Below the pieces are notes generated by a model. The model saw only the letters and a program-made list of their open reading frames with translations. It was not told where the DNA came from and did no database searches. The position numbers and the translations under genes were made by a program. Source: a virus (Duplodnaviria; Caudoviricetes). From it: a stretch of DNA of 52,069 nt. This document shows positions 17,935 to 27,870 of the stretch, one piece after another; within the stretch, counting starts at the first letter, position 1; the number at the start of each line of letters is the position of its first letter. The DNA lies in IMG/VR virus record IMGVR_UViG_3300037808_000798, positions 1 to 52,069 of that record; one strand, 5' to 3'.

Positions 17935-18888
17935 TTATTTCAACTTCCCTAAGGCAGTTGATGTTTTTTGTATTCTACTTTTTTTATCAAAATCTCTATT
18001 ATTATAAAAAACAATATCTTCCGAATTAAATAATTGATCACAATCTTTACATATTAAATTTGATTCTTCACAGGTTCCATTTGTATGATGTTTATAAATT
18101 TCAGAATATAAATTATCTACATCAATAGAATAAATTTCTTCCAATGATTGATTTTTAAAATTTCCCAATACCATTTTATTGTTAAAATCAAAACAACACA
18201 TAATAATATCACCATCTACTTGTATTTGTATAGGTCCCGTAAATGGTCTACCACACGTATCTAAAGTTTTTGGTGTGGCTTTATCACGATATTCTTTTCC
18301 ATAAATCCAATTATGTGGTGCCCATATTTCTAATTTACATCTGTCACCAAATTCTTCAACCAAACCATCAATATCATTTTTATTTTCTTCTACAATATCT
18401 GCAGTTATGATAATCTCACAATCATCTGGTTTATTCTCTAATGCATAATTAATCGTATTCATAGTTTTTTCAAAAGTAAACTTATTATTTCTGTAATTCA
18501 TTATCTTACCATAACTATCTTTGTTGGCGGTGTGTAAACTAAATCTAATATCTGTAACTCCAACTTTGAAAAGTCTATCCAAATCATCATTCTCTATCAT
18601 AGAGCCATTTGTTAAGATATGTACTTTTAAATTTTTAGAACAGGCATATTCTATCTTCTCGACAATATTTTTATCCACAAATATCTCACCAAATCCAGAA
18701 AATGTTATTTCTTTTATTTGCTCTCCTATTTCATCCAAACACTTATCAAGATAAAATTTATATGTATCCGTAGTCATTATTTGTTTAGGGCGAGTAAAAT
18801 CCTCTGTCGGCCAGGGACAAAATACACACCCAGCATTGCAAGATGTTGATGTTTCTATTCTTACCTCATTAGTATTGGGGATCGGCAC
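17935..18888 (-). CDS. Radical SAM protein with SPASM/Twitch domain
   Basis: CNAGCVFC; GFGE; LTNG; C-terminal CGRPF..DG..CCFD..GN..CKDC. Confidence 0.92.
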   Translation of the reverse strand: MPIPNTNEVRIETSTSCNAGCVFCPWPTEDFTRPKQIMTTDTYKFYLDKCLDEIGEQIKEITFSGFGEIFVDKNIVEKIEYACSKNLKVHILTNGSMIENDDLDRLFKVGVTDIRFSLHTANKDSYGKIMNYRNNKFTFEKTMNTINYALENKPDDCEIIITADIVEENKNDIDGLVEEFGDRCKLEIWAPHNWIYGKEYRDKATPKTLDTCGRPFTGPIQIQVDGDIIMCCFDFNNKMVLGNFKNQSLEEIYSIDVDNLYSEIYKHHTNGTCEESNLICKDCDQLFNSEDIVFYNNRDFDKKSRIQKTSTALGKLK

Positions 18889-19755
18889 TTATAAATTCTC
18901 CTTATTGTATTCCTTTGTTATCTTCTCATAAAATTCTTTACTAAATTTTTTAATAATATAATCTTTTTCTCTATCACAAACATCAACATTTACATCTTTA
19001 GAAATTATTTCTCCGGACTTGTAAACCATTTTCCATATTAATTCTCCACTTCTATCCCACCTACGAGATACTCCATTTCGGTGCCCATACTTAAAAATTT
19101 CTTCACGTTCCTTCTGTCCATTTTCATACCATTCAGTAACTAATCCATTTTCTTGACCATCTTTGTAGAAACTTTCACTCATCTTCTGTCCATTGGGATG
19201 CTGACCAATACATAATCCAGCTTGTTTTCCATTTTTGTAAGTTCTTTCTACTTCCTTTTGTCCATTTTGATAATACACTTTATCAATCCCACAACCATTC
19301 TCAAATTCAGTTTCATACATAACACTACCATCTCGATACCATCTTTTTAGTTTTCCACATATCAAATGATCTTTATAAGTTATTTCTGCTTCTTTCTGTC
19401 CATTTTCATACCATTGAGTAAATAATCCATCTAGTTTCCCATCCTTGTAAGTTCTTTCTTCTATCTTCTGTCCCCGTTTATACCCGCACCAATCAATAAA
19501 CGGGCCATTCAATTTTCCATCTTTCCAAGTGTATTGATTACACAGCCTCCCGTCTGGAAACCAACCTTTAGATAGTCCATCGGCATGTTGGCCAGCTTTA
19601 TAATACCATTCATATCTCAATCCAAGTCCTGTGTCATCTAATGAAGGAGTTGATGTGTGTTGGTCAGTTCCATCCCAATAGGCTCTAAACAGGCCATTTT
19701 CTGGCCTATTTTCTTCAATCCATTTACTGGCATGCTCACCTTTTATCTGTGACAT
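18889..19755 (-). CDS. MORN-variant repeat protein (YwqK-like)
   Basis: Multiple G.x.x.WYENGQK..E..YKDG repeats. Confidence 0.9.
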   Translation of the reverse strand: MSQIKGEHASKWIEENRPENGLFRAYWDGTDQHTSTPSLDDTGLGLRYEWYYKAGQHADGLSKGWFPDGRLCNQYTWKDGKLNGPFIDWCGYKRGQKIEERTYKDGKLDGLFTQWYENGQKEAEITYKDHLICGKLKRWYRDGSVMYETEFENGCGIDKVYYQNGQKEVERTYKNGKQAGLCIGQHPNGQKMSESFYKDGQENGLVTEWYENGQKEREEIFKYGHRNGVSRRWDRSGELIWKMVYKSGEIISKDVNVDVCDREKDYIIKKFSKEFYEKITKEYNKENL

Positions 19756-20491
19756 TATGTTCCTCCTCCCTCCCCCACATTGTTAATCTTGCCAAATCCC
19801 TATCGACATATCGAATTTTTTTAACACCCCCTACCTTAAACCCCGCCAAATTCATAACATTCCTTAAACCTTGCTCATTAAAAAAATGAAGATGGCAGGA
19901 GTTAAATTCATCGTCTAATATGTCTCTATACTCAAACTCTTCTGCATCAGGAACTTCAATATACACAGTCCCTGCAAGTTGACTTAAAAATCCCACAGGA
20001 TCTTCTATGTGTTCTAAAACGTGTATTAAAGTTGTTATGTCTGCCTTGTAGTTATCTTTTACCCGTAATCCCAAATTTTTTAAATGTTGTATACTATTCT
20101 GTCCAAGTTCGTGACAGACAACTTTATATCCTTCTTTTTGAAGCTTATATGGAAACACACCAATTCCTGATCCTATATCCCATACCTTACACTTTACAGG
20201 AAAGATGTTGCAAAAAAACAACACTCTTTGATTGTTCTCACTGTCAGTGATGGACATAATATCATCAAACGATTCTTTTAGGGTCTTACCCCTAAACTCC
20301 GTACTACGATAAATGTGATCATATATATCCGTTAAACTGTCTAAAGGGTACATATGAAATTGTTGATAATGTCCACATTCACATTTAAACCATGTCCGGC
20401 CTTTTACCCCCATAGACATTTCATACTTATCAGGATCTTTATATTCGTATATGGGAGTATTCATATTTGAATTGCATATAATACATTTCAT
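19736..20491 (-). CDS. Class I SAM-dependent methyltransferase with N-terminal Cys cluster
   Basis: CIIC..CECG; WDIGSGIG motif I; HVLEHIEDP; IEVP; HLHFF. Confidence 0.9.
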   Translation of the reverse strand: MKCIICNSNMNTPIYEYKDPDKYEMSMGVKGRTWFKCECGHYQQFHMYPLDSLTDIYDHIYRSTEFRGKTLKESFDDIMSITDSENNQRVLFFCNIFPVKCKVWDIGSGIGVFPYKLQKEGYKVVCHELGQNSIQHLKNLGLRVKDNYKADITTLIHVLEHIEDPVGFLSQLAGTVYIEVPDAEEFEYRDILDDEFNSCHLHFFNEQGLRNVMNLAGFKVGGVKKIRYVDRDLARLTMWGREEEHNVTDKR

Positions 20492-21378
20492 GATTCAAGT
20501 CCTTCCAAAATACCCACCGTTCCAATAATATCCTGAAATTTTTCAGAAATTAATTCTCCATTATCAAAAATTGCTTCATATGTTTTTTGTCCATTTTCAT
20601 ACCAATAAGTATATAATCCATCTTTTTTACCATTCTCTTCATGATGGTTTCTTTCCCTTCTCTTATTTCCATTTTCATACCAATCGATTCTTTTAATTTC
20701 TACACCATTTTTATAAATAGTTTCATCCTGTTTTTGACCGTTTTCATACCATGTAATCCACACTCCCTCCTGTTTTTCATTTCTATAAGTTCCTTCTTCT
20801 CGTTTTTTTCCACTATCGTAATATTTTACCCACTTTCCATTTCTTTTTCCATCTTTATAAGTATACCCTAACCACCCACCATTATATGCCTTATTTAAAT
20901 CTACATCCCAAAGTATTCCATTCTTATAAGTCTCTTCATATTTTTTTTTACCATTACTTTCCCAATAAATCCATTTACCATGTGGAATATCATCTTTATA
21001 ATTTTGTTCATATATCTTTACATTCTTATCGTGCCAACGAAATCTCTTTCCATTTCGTTTTCCATTCTTCCACATTTGTTCTTCTAATTTAGTGCCATCT
21101 TGTTCCCATTGAATCCATTTTCCATCTAATTTACCATTTTTCCATGTTGACAATTGTTTTATTTGTCCACTTGGAAACCAACCTTTAGATTCTCCATCTG
21201 CACGTACCCCATCTTTATAATACCACTCCCATCTTGTCCCCTCCCCCTCATTTTCATCGAATGTCAATCCACCCTCATCAAAATTTATTACACCTTTCCA
21301 ATAAACTCTGAATAGTCCACTTTCAGGTTGATTTTCTTCAATCCACTCTGGTGCCGGTTTACCGCTTATTCTACTCAT
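20488..21378 (-). CDS. MORN-variant repeat protein (YwqK-like), paralog of 18889-19755
   Basis: WYENGQK repeats; shared N-terminus WIEENxPExGLFRxYW. Confidence 0.9.
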   Translation of the reverse strand: MSRISGKPAPEWIEENQPESGLFRVYWKGVINFDEGGLTFDENEGEGTRWEWYYKDGVRADGESKGWFPSGQIKQLSTWKNGKLDGKWIQWEQDGTKLEEQMWKNGKRNGKRFRWHDKNVKIYEQNYKDDIPHGKWIYWESNGKKKYEETYKNGILWDVDLNKAYNGGWLGYTYKDGKRNGKWVKYYDSGKKREEGTYRNEKQEGVWITWYENGQKQDETIYKNGVEIKRIDWYENGNKRRERNHHEENGKKDGLYTYWYENGQKTYEAIFDNGELISEKFQDIIGTVGILEGLES

Positions 21379-21438
21379 ATCTATCTAGCCCGATTTACAA
21401 AATCAGCCCATGTGTTTGGAATTTTAATGTAACCCATA

Positions 21439-22407
21439 TTATTTAAAGGAATTATACCTATAATCTAAATTATCTTTATTACTCAAATACCACTCAATAG
21501 TTTCTTCAACTCCTTCATCTATATCTACTGATAATTTAAATCCATTAGAAAACATTCTTTCCATATCTAACAACCTAATTGGATCTCCATTTGGTTTTGA
21601 TTTATCAAATTCAATTCCACATTCAAATCGTGCTGCTATACTTGATGCTATCTGTGCAATAGTAACTCCTTTACCACAACCAAGATTAAGAGGCTCTGTT
21701 ATTTTATTTTCTACTGCAAAAATCATTCCACGTGCAACATCTCGGGCATAAATAAAATCTCTAATTGGTGAACCATCTCCCCAAACACTCATAGTACCAC
21801 CTTTACCAACCTCTTCTGCCTTTCTAATTAAAGATGGGATTACCATTGAATTTTCTAAATCAAAGTTATCCCATTTTCCATAAACATTGGCGGGACGAAC
21901 AATAGAAATTTTATCCCAACCATGTTGTATCCTATAACCATCTGACTGTAATTCACCAATCCTTTTTGCCCATCCAGGTAATTTATCGGTTTCTGATGGA
22001 AATGTTTTCCATACATCATCTTCACGGGAAATATCTTTGTGTGCATAAACCCCATTTGAACTTGTAAAAAGATACCATTTAACATTTTCTCTAAATGCTG
22101 CCTCCATCATATTAGTATTAAATCTTATCATTGGTAAAAAATAATCTAATGGTCGAGTTTGAGACATTTTAGTTGAACCTTTTACTCCCGCAACATGAAA
22201 TACATAATCCATACCTTCACATACTATTTCACAGTTCTTATAAATTGTTAAATCTGTTTTAATAAATTCTACTTCTTCAAAAAAATCAACTGGTTCATCA
22301 AGTGAAGCAACTCTTATTTTTGCCCCTCTGTCAAGTAATAATTGAACAAGTTCTCTACCAACCATTCCAGTTCCACCCGTTACTAATACATTTTTATTTT
22401 TTAACAT
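21439..22407 (-). CDS. GDP-L-fucose-synthase-like epimerase/reductase
   Basis: TGGTGMVG, RPANVYG..DNF..VIPSLI, VWGDGSPIRDFIY, KPNGDP; likely start ATG 22407. Confidence 0.88.
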   Translation of the reverse strand: MLKNKNVLVTGGTGMVGRELVQLLLDRGAKIRVASLDEPVDFFEEVEFIKTDLTIYKNCEIVCEGMDYVFHVAGVKGSTKMSQTRPLDYFLPMIRFNTNMMEAAFRENVKWYLFTSSNGVYAHKDISREDDVWKTFPSETDKLPGWAKRIGELQSDGYRIQHGWDKISIVRPANVYGKWDNFDLENSMVIPSLIRKAEEVGKGGTMSVWGDGSPIRDFIYARDVARGMIFAVENKITEPLNLGCGKGVTIAQIASSIAARFECGIEFDKSKPNGDPIRLLDMERMFSNGFKLSVDIDEGVEETIEWYLSNKDNLDYRYNSFK

Positions 22408-23593
22408 TTTTACACACCTCACTTATAAAATTAATATCTTCTGTTTCTAATTCTGGATAGTTTGGTAAGAAAAATCCTCGTGAATGTATTTTATCTGCCA
22501 CTTCACCGTGAAATTCACCATATCTATTTACCCAAAAGGGATGTAGTCCAAGATTACCTGCACTAAATATACGAGTTTCTATACCATTTTCTACCAATCT
22601 ATTAACAACATCTTTTCTATGTTCTTTACTTTCTGCTAAAACTCCAAATGAAATACTACACGGATTATCATTTCCCCAATTTTGAAATTCGAAATGGTCA
22701 AATAATTGTTTTGCATACTCAAGATGATTTTTTGTTCTCTGTTGTGTTATCCAATTTGATTTCACGAGTTGTCTAATCCCAATAAATGCCTGTAAATCTG
22801 TTGAACGAAGATTAAAACCAGGAACTAAAAAAGTAAATGGTTCATGAAAAATATCTATATTATTTTCTACCATTTTCTGTTTATAAAGTTCTTTTGGTAA
22901 ATCTTTACCCCACCCATGACTTCTTAACATTAACAAAGTATGATATAATTCTTCATCATCTGTATTTATCATACCACCCTCAATAGTTGAAAATTGATGA
23001 CCAAAATAAAATGAAAAAGATGACATAACTCCTACCTGACCGACCATAGTTCCATCCTCATAACTTGAACCAAGTGATGCACAACCATCTTCTAATAATG
23101 GTACACCATATTTTTCAGATAATCTCCGTAATTCGTCCTTATAATGTGGGACCCCTAAAACTTGAACAAATATTATTGCAGAAATATCTTCCGTTTTTAA
23201 AAGAAATTCTGTTTGTTCCAAATCTATACCAAATGTTTTTTCATCTGCATCAACCATAATAGGTTCTATTCCAAAGTGTAACAGCGGTGAAATTGTAGTA
23301 ATCCAACCAACTGATGGAACAATTACCTTACCATTCAATCTACCAAGTTCTTTTAATGCATAAATCATCAAAAGATTTGCAGAAGAACCTGAATTTACAA
23401 ATACAGAATACGTTGTTCCTATGTATTCGGACCACTTTTGTTCAAATTCTTCAGTAAGTTTCCACTTAGTAAGTCGAGGACCAGTTAATAACCATTCTAT
23501 TAATGTATTAATATCACTAACATCAATTGTTTCTTTTGCGAGGGGAAATGAAAATTCATTACTTCTAAGTTCTTCAAAATTTATATTTTTCAT
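22394..23593 (-). CDS. DegT/DnrJ family PLP enzyme, ColD/E1-type 3-dehydratase (His in place of Schiff-base Lys)
   Basis: VNSGSSANLL, LLEDGCASLG, FSFYFGHQFSTIEGG, LRSHGW. Confidence 0.88.
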   Translation of the reverse strand: MKNINFEELRSNEFSFPLAKETIDVSDINTLIEWLLTGPRLTKWKLTEEFEQKWSEYIGTTYSVFVNSGSSANLLMIYALKELGRLNGKVIVPSVGWITTISPLLHFGIEPIMVDADEKTFGIDLEQTEFLLKTEDISAIIFVQVLGVPHYKDELRRLSEKYGVPLLEDGCASLGSSYEDGTMVGQVGVMSSFSFYFGHQFSTIEGGMINTDDEELYHTLLMLRSHGWGKDLPKELYKQKMVENNIDIFHEPFTFLVPGFNLRSTDLQAFIGIRQLVKSNWITQQRTKNHLEYAKQLFDHFEFQNWGNDNPCSISFGVLAESKEHRKDVVNRLVENGIETRIFSAGNLGLHPFWVNRYGEFHGEVADKIHSRGFFLPNYPELETEDINFISEVCKNVKK

Positions 23594-23594
23594 A

Positions 23595-24791
23595 TCAATG
23601 TCCTTCTATTTCTTCGGTATCATTTGTCTCACCTAACGCCAGTTTATATAATCTATAATCATCAGTATTGCCCCCACAAAACCAAGAATTTTTATCAATA
23701 AATCCACCACGATCCTCATGGTATTTACTTGGTAAATCATTCAAATCTGCAATCTGTTCAAAAATAGTTTTCATCATCTCATTATCATAAAATTTATCAT
23801 ATAAATGTTTTTGATTATAAACAACTTTTGGTAACAATTTTGTTGAATAAATTTCATGTAATTCGTTAATGTCTAATTTACAAACCCTGTTTATCTCTGA
23901 TACAACTTGGGTGAATCTTTCATAATCATCTTCAATTTCATCATAACTTTCATCAAACAATTCTGGAAAAGTTTTAAAACCTTGTTCTTTTAATTTTTTT
24001 AAAATTCCTGGCCTTCCCAAAATAATAAGAGGATGACACATTAATGTTTTGTATGTTTTTTCAAAAATTGTTAAAGCATTACTTCGTTTTCCACCCTGAG
24101 TAACCGAAAACCAAGTTTCAGTTACTATTTGGAAATAACTATCATTAATCAACTCTAATGAAGGTAATTTTATTTCATCATAATCTCTTTCACCACCCAT
24201 AGTTATATTTCTATCAACAATATGTGGAGATTTTTCAAAAAAATCACTCTCAAAGTCATATGGATAATGTTTAGAAAAAACAGAAGTTTCCTCGTATCCT
24301 GGCTCAGACATAAAGAGCTCCTTATCGTTCCATAAATCAAAATTTTCAGGGGGATCAGTAATATGATATTTATCTCTATGTTTATGAAGTTGAAATGAAA
24401 CAAAACCCTTTTCTATCAAATTTAACCTACTCAATTCATTTAATAAATAAACTCTATGTGGTCTGGTTGCACTATTTAAACACATATAATATTTTGATTT
24501 TATTTTTTGTTTAAGTTGATTTTGAGAATCAGTATTATATGGAAATTCTTTATATAAATGTTTATAAAATCTTGCAACTCGATGTGCACAAGCATTTACT
24601 GTAACATGGTGTTTACAAACATATGTTTCATTTTGTGAAATATACAAACAATTATCTTCGGTATGACCACATTGATCAACGACTTCCCATTGTTGCTCTA
24701 AATTAACCCATTCCCAATCCCCATAATTTATTTTAAATCTCATATCAGGAGGAATCCACTGGTTTTCATCATTTTGCATTATAATGGTCAC
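23595..24791 (-). CDS. GT10-like putative glycosyltransferase, paralog 3
   Basis: CLN..RPHR; IVTET..EKTYK..HPLI..GFKTF..DESYD. Confidence 0.6.
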   Translation of the reverse strand: MTIIMQNDENQWIPPDMRFKINYGDWEWVNLEQQWEVVDQCGHTEDNCLYISQNETYVCKHHVTVNACAHRVARFYKHLYKEFPYNTDSQNQLKQKIKSKYYMCLNSATRPHRVYLLNELSRLNLIEKGFVSFQLHKHRDKYHITDPPENFDLWNDKELFMSEPGYEETSVFSKHYPYDFESDFFEKSPHIVDRNITMGGERDYDEIKLPSLELINDSYFQIVTETWFSVTQGGKRSNALTIFEKTYKTLMCHPLIILGRPGILKKLKEQGFKTFPELFDESYDEIEDDYERFTQVVSEINRVCKLDINELHEIYSTKLLPKVVYNQKHLYDKFYDNEMMKTIFEQIADLNDLPSKYHEDRGGFIDKNSWFCGGNTDDYRLYKLALGETNDTEEIEGH

Positions 24792-25395
24792 CCCATTCTA
24801 TCAATAAAGTAACTAACGAATCATACTTTGATTTTGGTTCTCTTTCATATGCATGTTTAAATGCAGGAAATATATCTTCTGATTCATCTAATACAACAAC
24901 ATCAACTCGTTTCAATAAATTTTTAAAGGCCTGAGTATGGTCTTGGGTATGTTGTTCACCGGCATCTAATGGAATTCTACTTCCTATTGAAGTTCTAATT
25001 ATAACTCTTGGTTGAAATTGACCTTCCGATATAATACTAATCTTATCTAAATGGTTTACTAATTGATTTGTGGCACATATTAAAAAATCAAATCTTGGAT
25101 AACAAGTAATTGGAACGAATCCTTCATATGCCATACCTAAAGACATACCCATCTGAACATCTTCAAATACTGGTAATTCTATTTTTTTATCATCAGAAAT
25201 GGTTTTGGTTGTATTATACATTGCATTACCACTATACTTAACTGCCTGTCCCATAAAAATTGTATCATCTTTTTCACCCAACCATTCCATTGAACGAATT
25301 ATTTCATTTTTATATTTCAAGTCTAAATGTTTTAACATTTCAGTTTCTTGAAATTTTGCCATTTCTTCTTTTTGTTTTGTTAATGAATCAACCAT
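24769..25395 (-). CDS. TPP-dependent enzyme, E1-beta/transketolase pyrimidine-binding subunit (short)
   Basis: FMGQAV, IELPVFE..QMGMSLGMA, DFL..NQLVN, QHTQD. Confidence 0.88.
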   Translation of the reverse strand: MVDSLTKQKEEMAKFQETEMLKHLDLKYKNEIIRSMEWLGEKDDTIFMGQAVKYSGNAMYNTTKTISDDKKIELPVFEDVQMGMSLGMAYEGFVPITCYPRFDFLICATNQLVNHLDKISIISEGQFQPRVIIRTSIGSRIPLDAGEQHTQDHTQAFKNLLKRVDVVVLDESEDIFPAFKHAYEREPKSKYDSLVTLLIEWGDHYNAK

Positions 25396-25404
25396 AATTA
25401 TCTC

Positions 25405-26031
25405 CTAAAATAATACCCAAGCACCAGAACCGTGATGGGGATAACCACGTTCATATTCATAATAAATCACATCATCTGGTACTTCTTGTTTACTTCCCCA
25501 AGTTTCATCAGTAGGTGTATTTGTACTTAGATTATTATCCTCTACTACGAATTGTAGTGGTAAATCAAAGTTTTTTGCATATTTATGACATAAATGAAAC
25601 TCTCCTGTTTCAAATCCCATATCACCTACAAAACACCAAACTCTCCTCTTCGAACCTTTTCTTTTTAATGCCATTGCAACTCCAACTGCATGTGAAAAAC
25701 CACCACCAACAATTGCAGATATAACAAAATTATGTTTCTTATTTATTACTTTCATACTACGACCACGTTTTATTTCATCCATTAACCAATCAGGTGAAAT
25801 TCCATGTAATAGTGCATGAAAATGGTTTCTCCAAGTGGAAAAAACCCAATCGTCAGGATGAACATATTGAAAAATTTCAATAAGTTGCTCTTCATTTCCT
25901 TTTGATAAGTGAACAGGTCCTAATACAGAACCACTTTCCCATTCTTCTTTGGCATCTAACTCAAATTGCACAAGTTGTTCTTTTGTCCAATTAACTTCTT
26001 TTACTTTTTCTAAATATTTTGGTATTTTCAT
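25405..26031 (-). CDS. TPP-dependent enzyme, E1-alpha-like subunit (short)
   Basis: GPVHLS.GNE, STWRNH.H, SAIVGG, TPP motif VGDMG..(24-27)..EDNN. Confidence 0.88.
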   Translation of the reverse strand: MKIPKYLEKVKEVNWTKEQLVQFELDAKEEWESGSVLGPVHLSKGNEEQLIEIFQYVHPDDWVFSTWRNHFHALLHGISPDWLMDEIKRGRSMKVINKKHNFVISAIVGGGFSHAVGVAMALKRKGSKRRVWCFVGDMGFETGEFHLCHKYAKNFDLPLQFVVEDNNLSTNTPTDETWGSKQEVPDDVIYYEYERGYPHHGSGAWVLF

Positions 26032-26083
26032 TTATTTATCCTGTTTATCTCTCTGAATCAAATGTGATTACAATTTTATTCAT

Positions 26084-27352
26084 TTAATTATTAATTTTAT
26101 TTTTAAATTCTACAACTCTATTGAAAATTTTGGTATAAAATTCTAAATATAAATCATCAACACTGATGTTTTCCATAATTTCTAAATTGTGCTTAACATT
26201 TGAAATATTATCGGACCACTTCCTATGTAACTCATTTTTAGGTAAATTATAAATTCTTTTTATATCATTTATAATAAAGTTCATTCTTTTTTTATCATCA
26301 ACAATTTCATCATACCGTTCATCAAAAAAATCCGGAAAAGTTTTAAATCCCAATTGATGTAAATGTCCTAAAATTCCAGGATCCCCAACTATAATTGTCG
26401 GATTAGACATAATAGATTTATAAGTTTTTTCCGTTGGATATATAACATTATAATATTCACCGTCATCATCATATTTAATACTGTTTGCGTAATGAAATTT
26501 ACACCCAAATGTTGTTTCAGTCGTTACCCAAAAATAAGTATCCTTTATAAATGAAAAATGTGACGTATCTTCACCGGTCGTATCAATTAAATTTCCAGTA
26601 TCCAATTGTACCCCATCAGTGGTTATGTCCAGAAATAGGGGAATATCCCCTAAAAAATTTTTAATTTCATCATCCGATATTTCTTCCCCCATGAAATTGC
26701 AAATTTCTTTTATCGTATGGTCATAAATCTCACCCATGTCACCACAAAGAGAAATATAAGATTCTAAATTTAACTTATTTTTAAGTAATTGATATACTAA
26801 ATATAGCCGAGTGTGAGAAGGTCTCCTATTGAATGATAAAAAAGTTTTTGGCTTTATATAATTATCACTGTTGAAGTAAGAATCATTATAAAATTCCCAA
26901 TTTGCAAATTTAAATTTACAAAGCACCCAATTAAACCGCATATGACTATCCCCAAATTTGTTCTGATTTCCATCTAAAAGAATTACGTTATCTGTATTAA
27001 TCCCGGCCCTTTCCATTCTATATTTATATCTATTAAAATTGTATTGAGTATCTATCTCGGTTAAATTATTTATAACTAAAGTAATTAACCCAGAATTAAT
27101 TTTTTTGATTAATTTAGAATTTAATTTATTTAAAATTTCACCTTTACGTATTTCATAAAAATTTATATCATCAAACTTCAAATTATTCAAATTAGTTTCA
27201 ATTCTACAATTTAAATATTTAAAATATGGACTGTCATATAACCAAAAACTATTTTCAACTTTACTACATATTACAAATTTACCTAACATTTTTTGATATT
27301 TAGGAAAAGATACCTTATGGTTGTATTTCCAGTCCGATATATAGCTGTTCAC
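26084..27352 (-). CDS. GT10-like putative glycosyltransferase, paralog 4
   Basis: SFNRR..TR; VTTET..TEKTYK..GFKTF..DERYD; probable GTG start 27352 (GTGA overlap). Confidence 0.6.
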   Translation of the reverse strand: MNSYISDWKYNHKVSFPKYQKMLGKFVICSKVENSFWLYDSPYFKYLNCRIETNLNNLKFDDINFYEIRKGEILNKLNSKLIKKINSGLITLVINNLTEIDTQYNFNRYKYRMERAGINTDNVILLDGNQNKFGDSHMRFNWVLCKFKFANWEFYNDSYFNSDNYIKPKTFLSFNRRPSHTRLYLVYQLLKNKLNLESYISLCGDMGEIYDHTIKEICNFMGEEISDDEIKNFLGDIPLFLDITTDGVQLDTGNLIDTTGEDTSHFSFIKDTYFWVTTETTFGCKFHYANSIKYDDDGEYYNVIYPTEKTYKSIMSNPTIIVGDPGILGHLHQLGFKTFPDFFDERYDEIVDDKKRMNFIINDIKRIYNLPKNELHRKWSDNISNVKHNLEIMENISVDDLYLEFYTKIFNRVVEFKNKINN

Positions 27353-27870
27353 TTGTCTCTCCAATTTAATATAGGATTATCTATTGGCCATTCTATTCCA
27401 ATCTGACTATCATTCCATTTAACTTCTTCTTGATCAAACCAATCTACATATTCTTCTGGATATGATTGTGTATAATGAAATAAACATTCATCAGTTAAAC
27501 ATATATGACCATTTACAAATCCAGGTGGAACTAACACACTCAAATGATTCCTTTCTGATATAATATAACTTTCCCATTTATTATAATTTACTGATTCTGG
27601 TCTATTATCAACAACCACCAAGTATATTTCACCCCATACACAAGTAATATGCTTCCATGTTACACTATCTCCGTGTAATCCTCGTAATACATTCTTATAA
27701 GAACGAGTAAACTTAGATATTTTCCACTCATTCCCTTTCGGCAATATCTCTTTTTCCTTTTCCCAAAAGGTCCACATCTCACCTCGATAATCAAACCAAG
27801 TATCAGGTTGTAATATTTTTACTTCTGGAAATACATCTGAAGTTTTTATTTCTACTTTAAAATCACTCAT
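27349..27870 (-). CDS. rmlC: dTDP-4-dehydrorhamnose 3,5-epimerase family (cupin)
   Basis: DYRG, NVLRGLH, GEIYLVVVDNRP.S, VPPGFVNGH, GIEWP; start ATG 27870. Confidence 0.9.
   Translation of the reverse strand: MSDFKVEIKTSDVFPEVKILQPDTWFDYRGEMWTFWEKEKEILPKGNEWKISKFTRSYKNVLRGLHGDSVTWKHITCVWGEIYLVVVDNRPESVNYNKWESYIISERNHLSVLVPPGFVNGHICLTDECLFHYTQSYPEEYVDWFDQEEVKWNDSQIGIEWPIDNPILNWRDK

Noticed and set aside
11244-21378. Toxin-antitoxin modules (zeta/epsilon; YwqJ/YwqK)
   Set aside because: No epsilon-like or deaminase-toxin partner is adjacent; the labels reflect fold similarity only.
24769-26031. Pyruvate dehydrogenase (pdhA/pdhB) auxiliary metabolic genes
   Set aside because: Both subunits are much shorter than E1 alpha/beta, E2 and E3 are absent, and the context is NDP-sugar synthesis.
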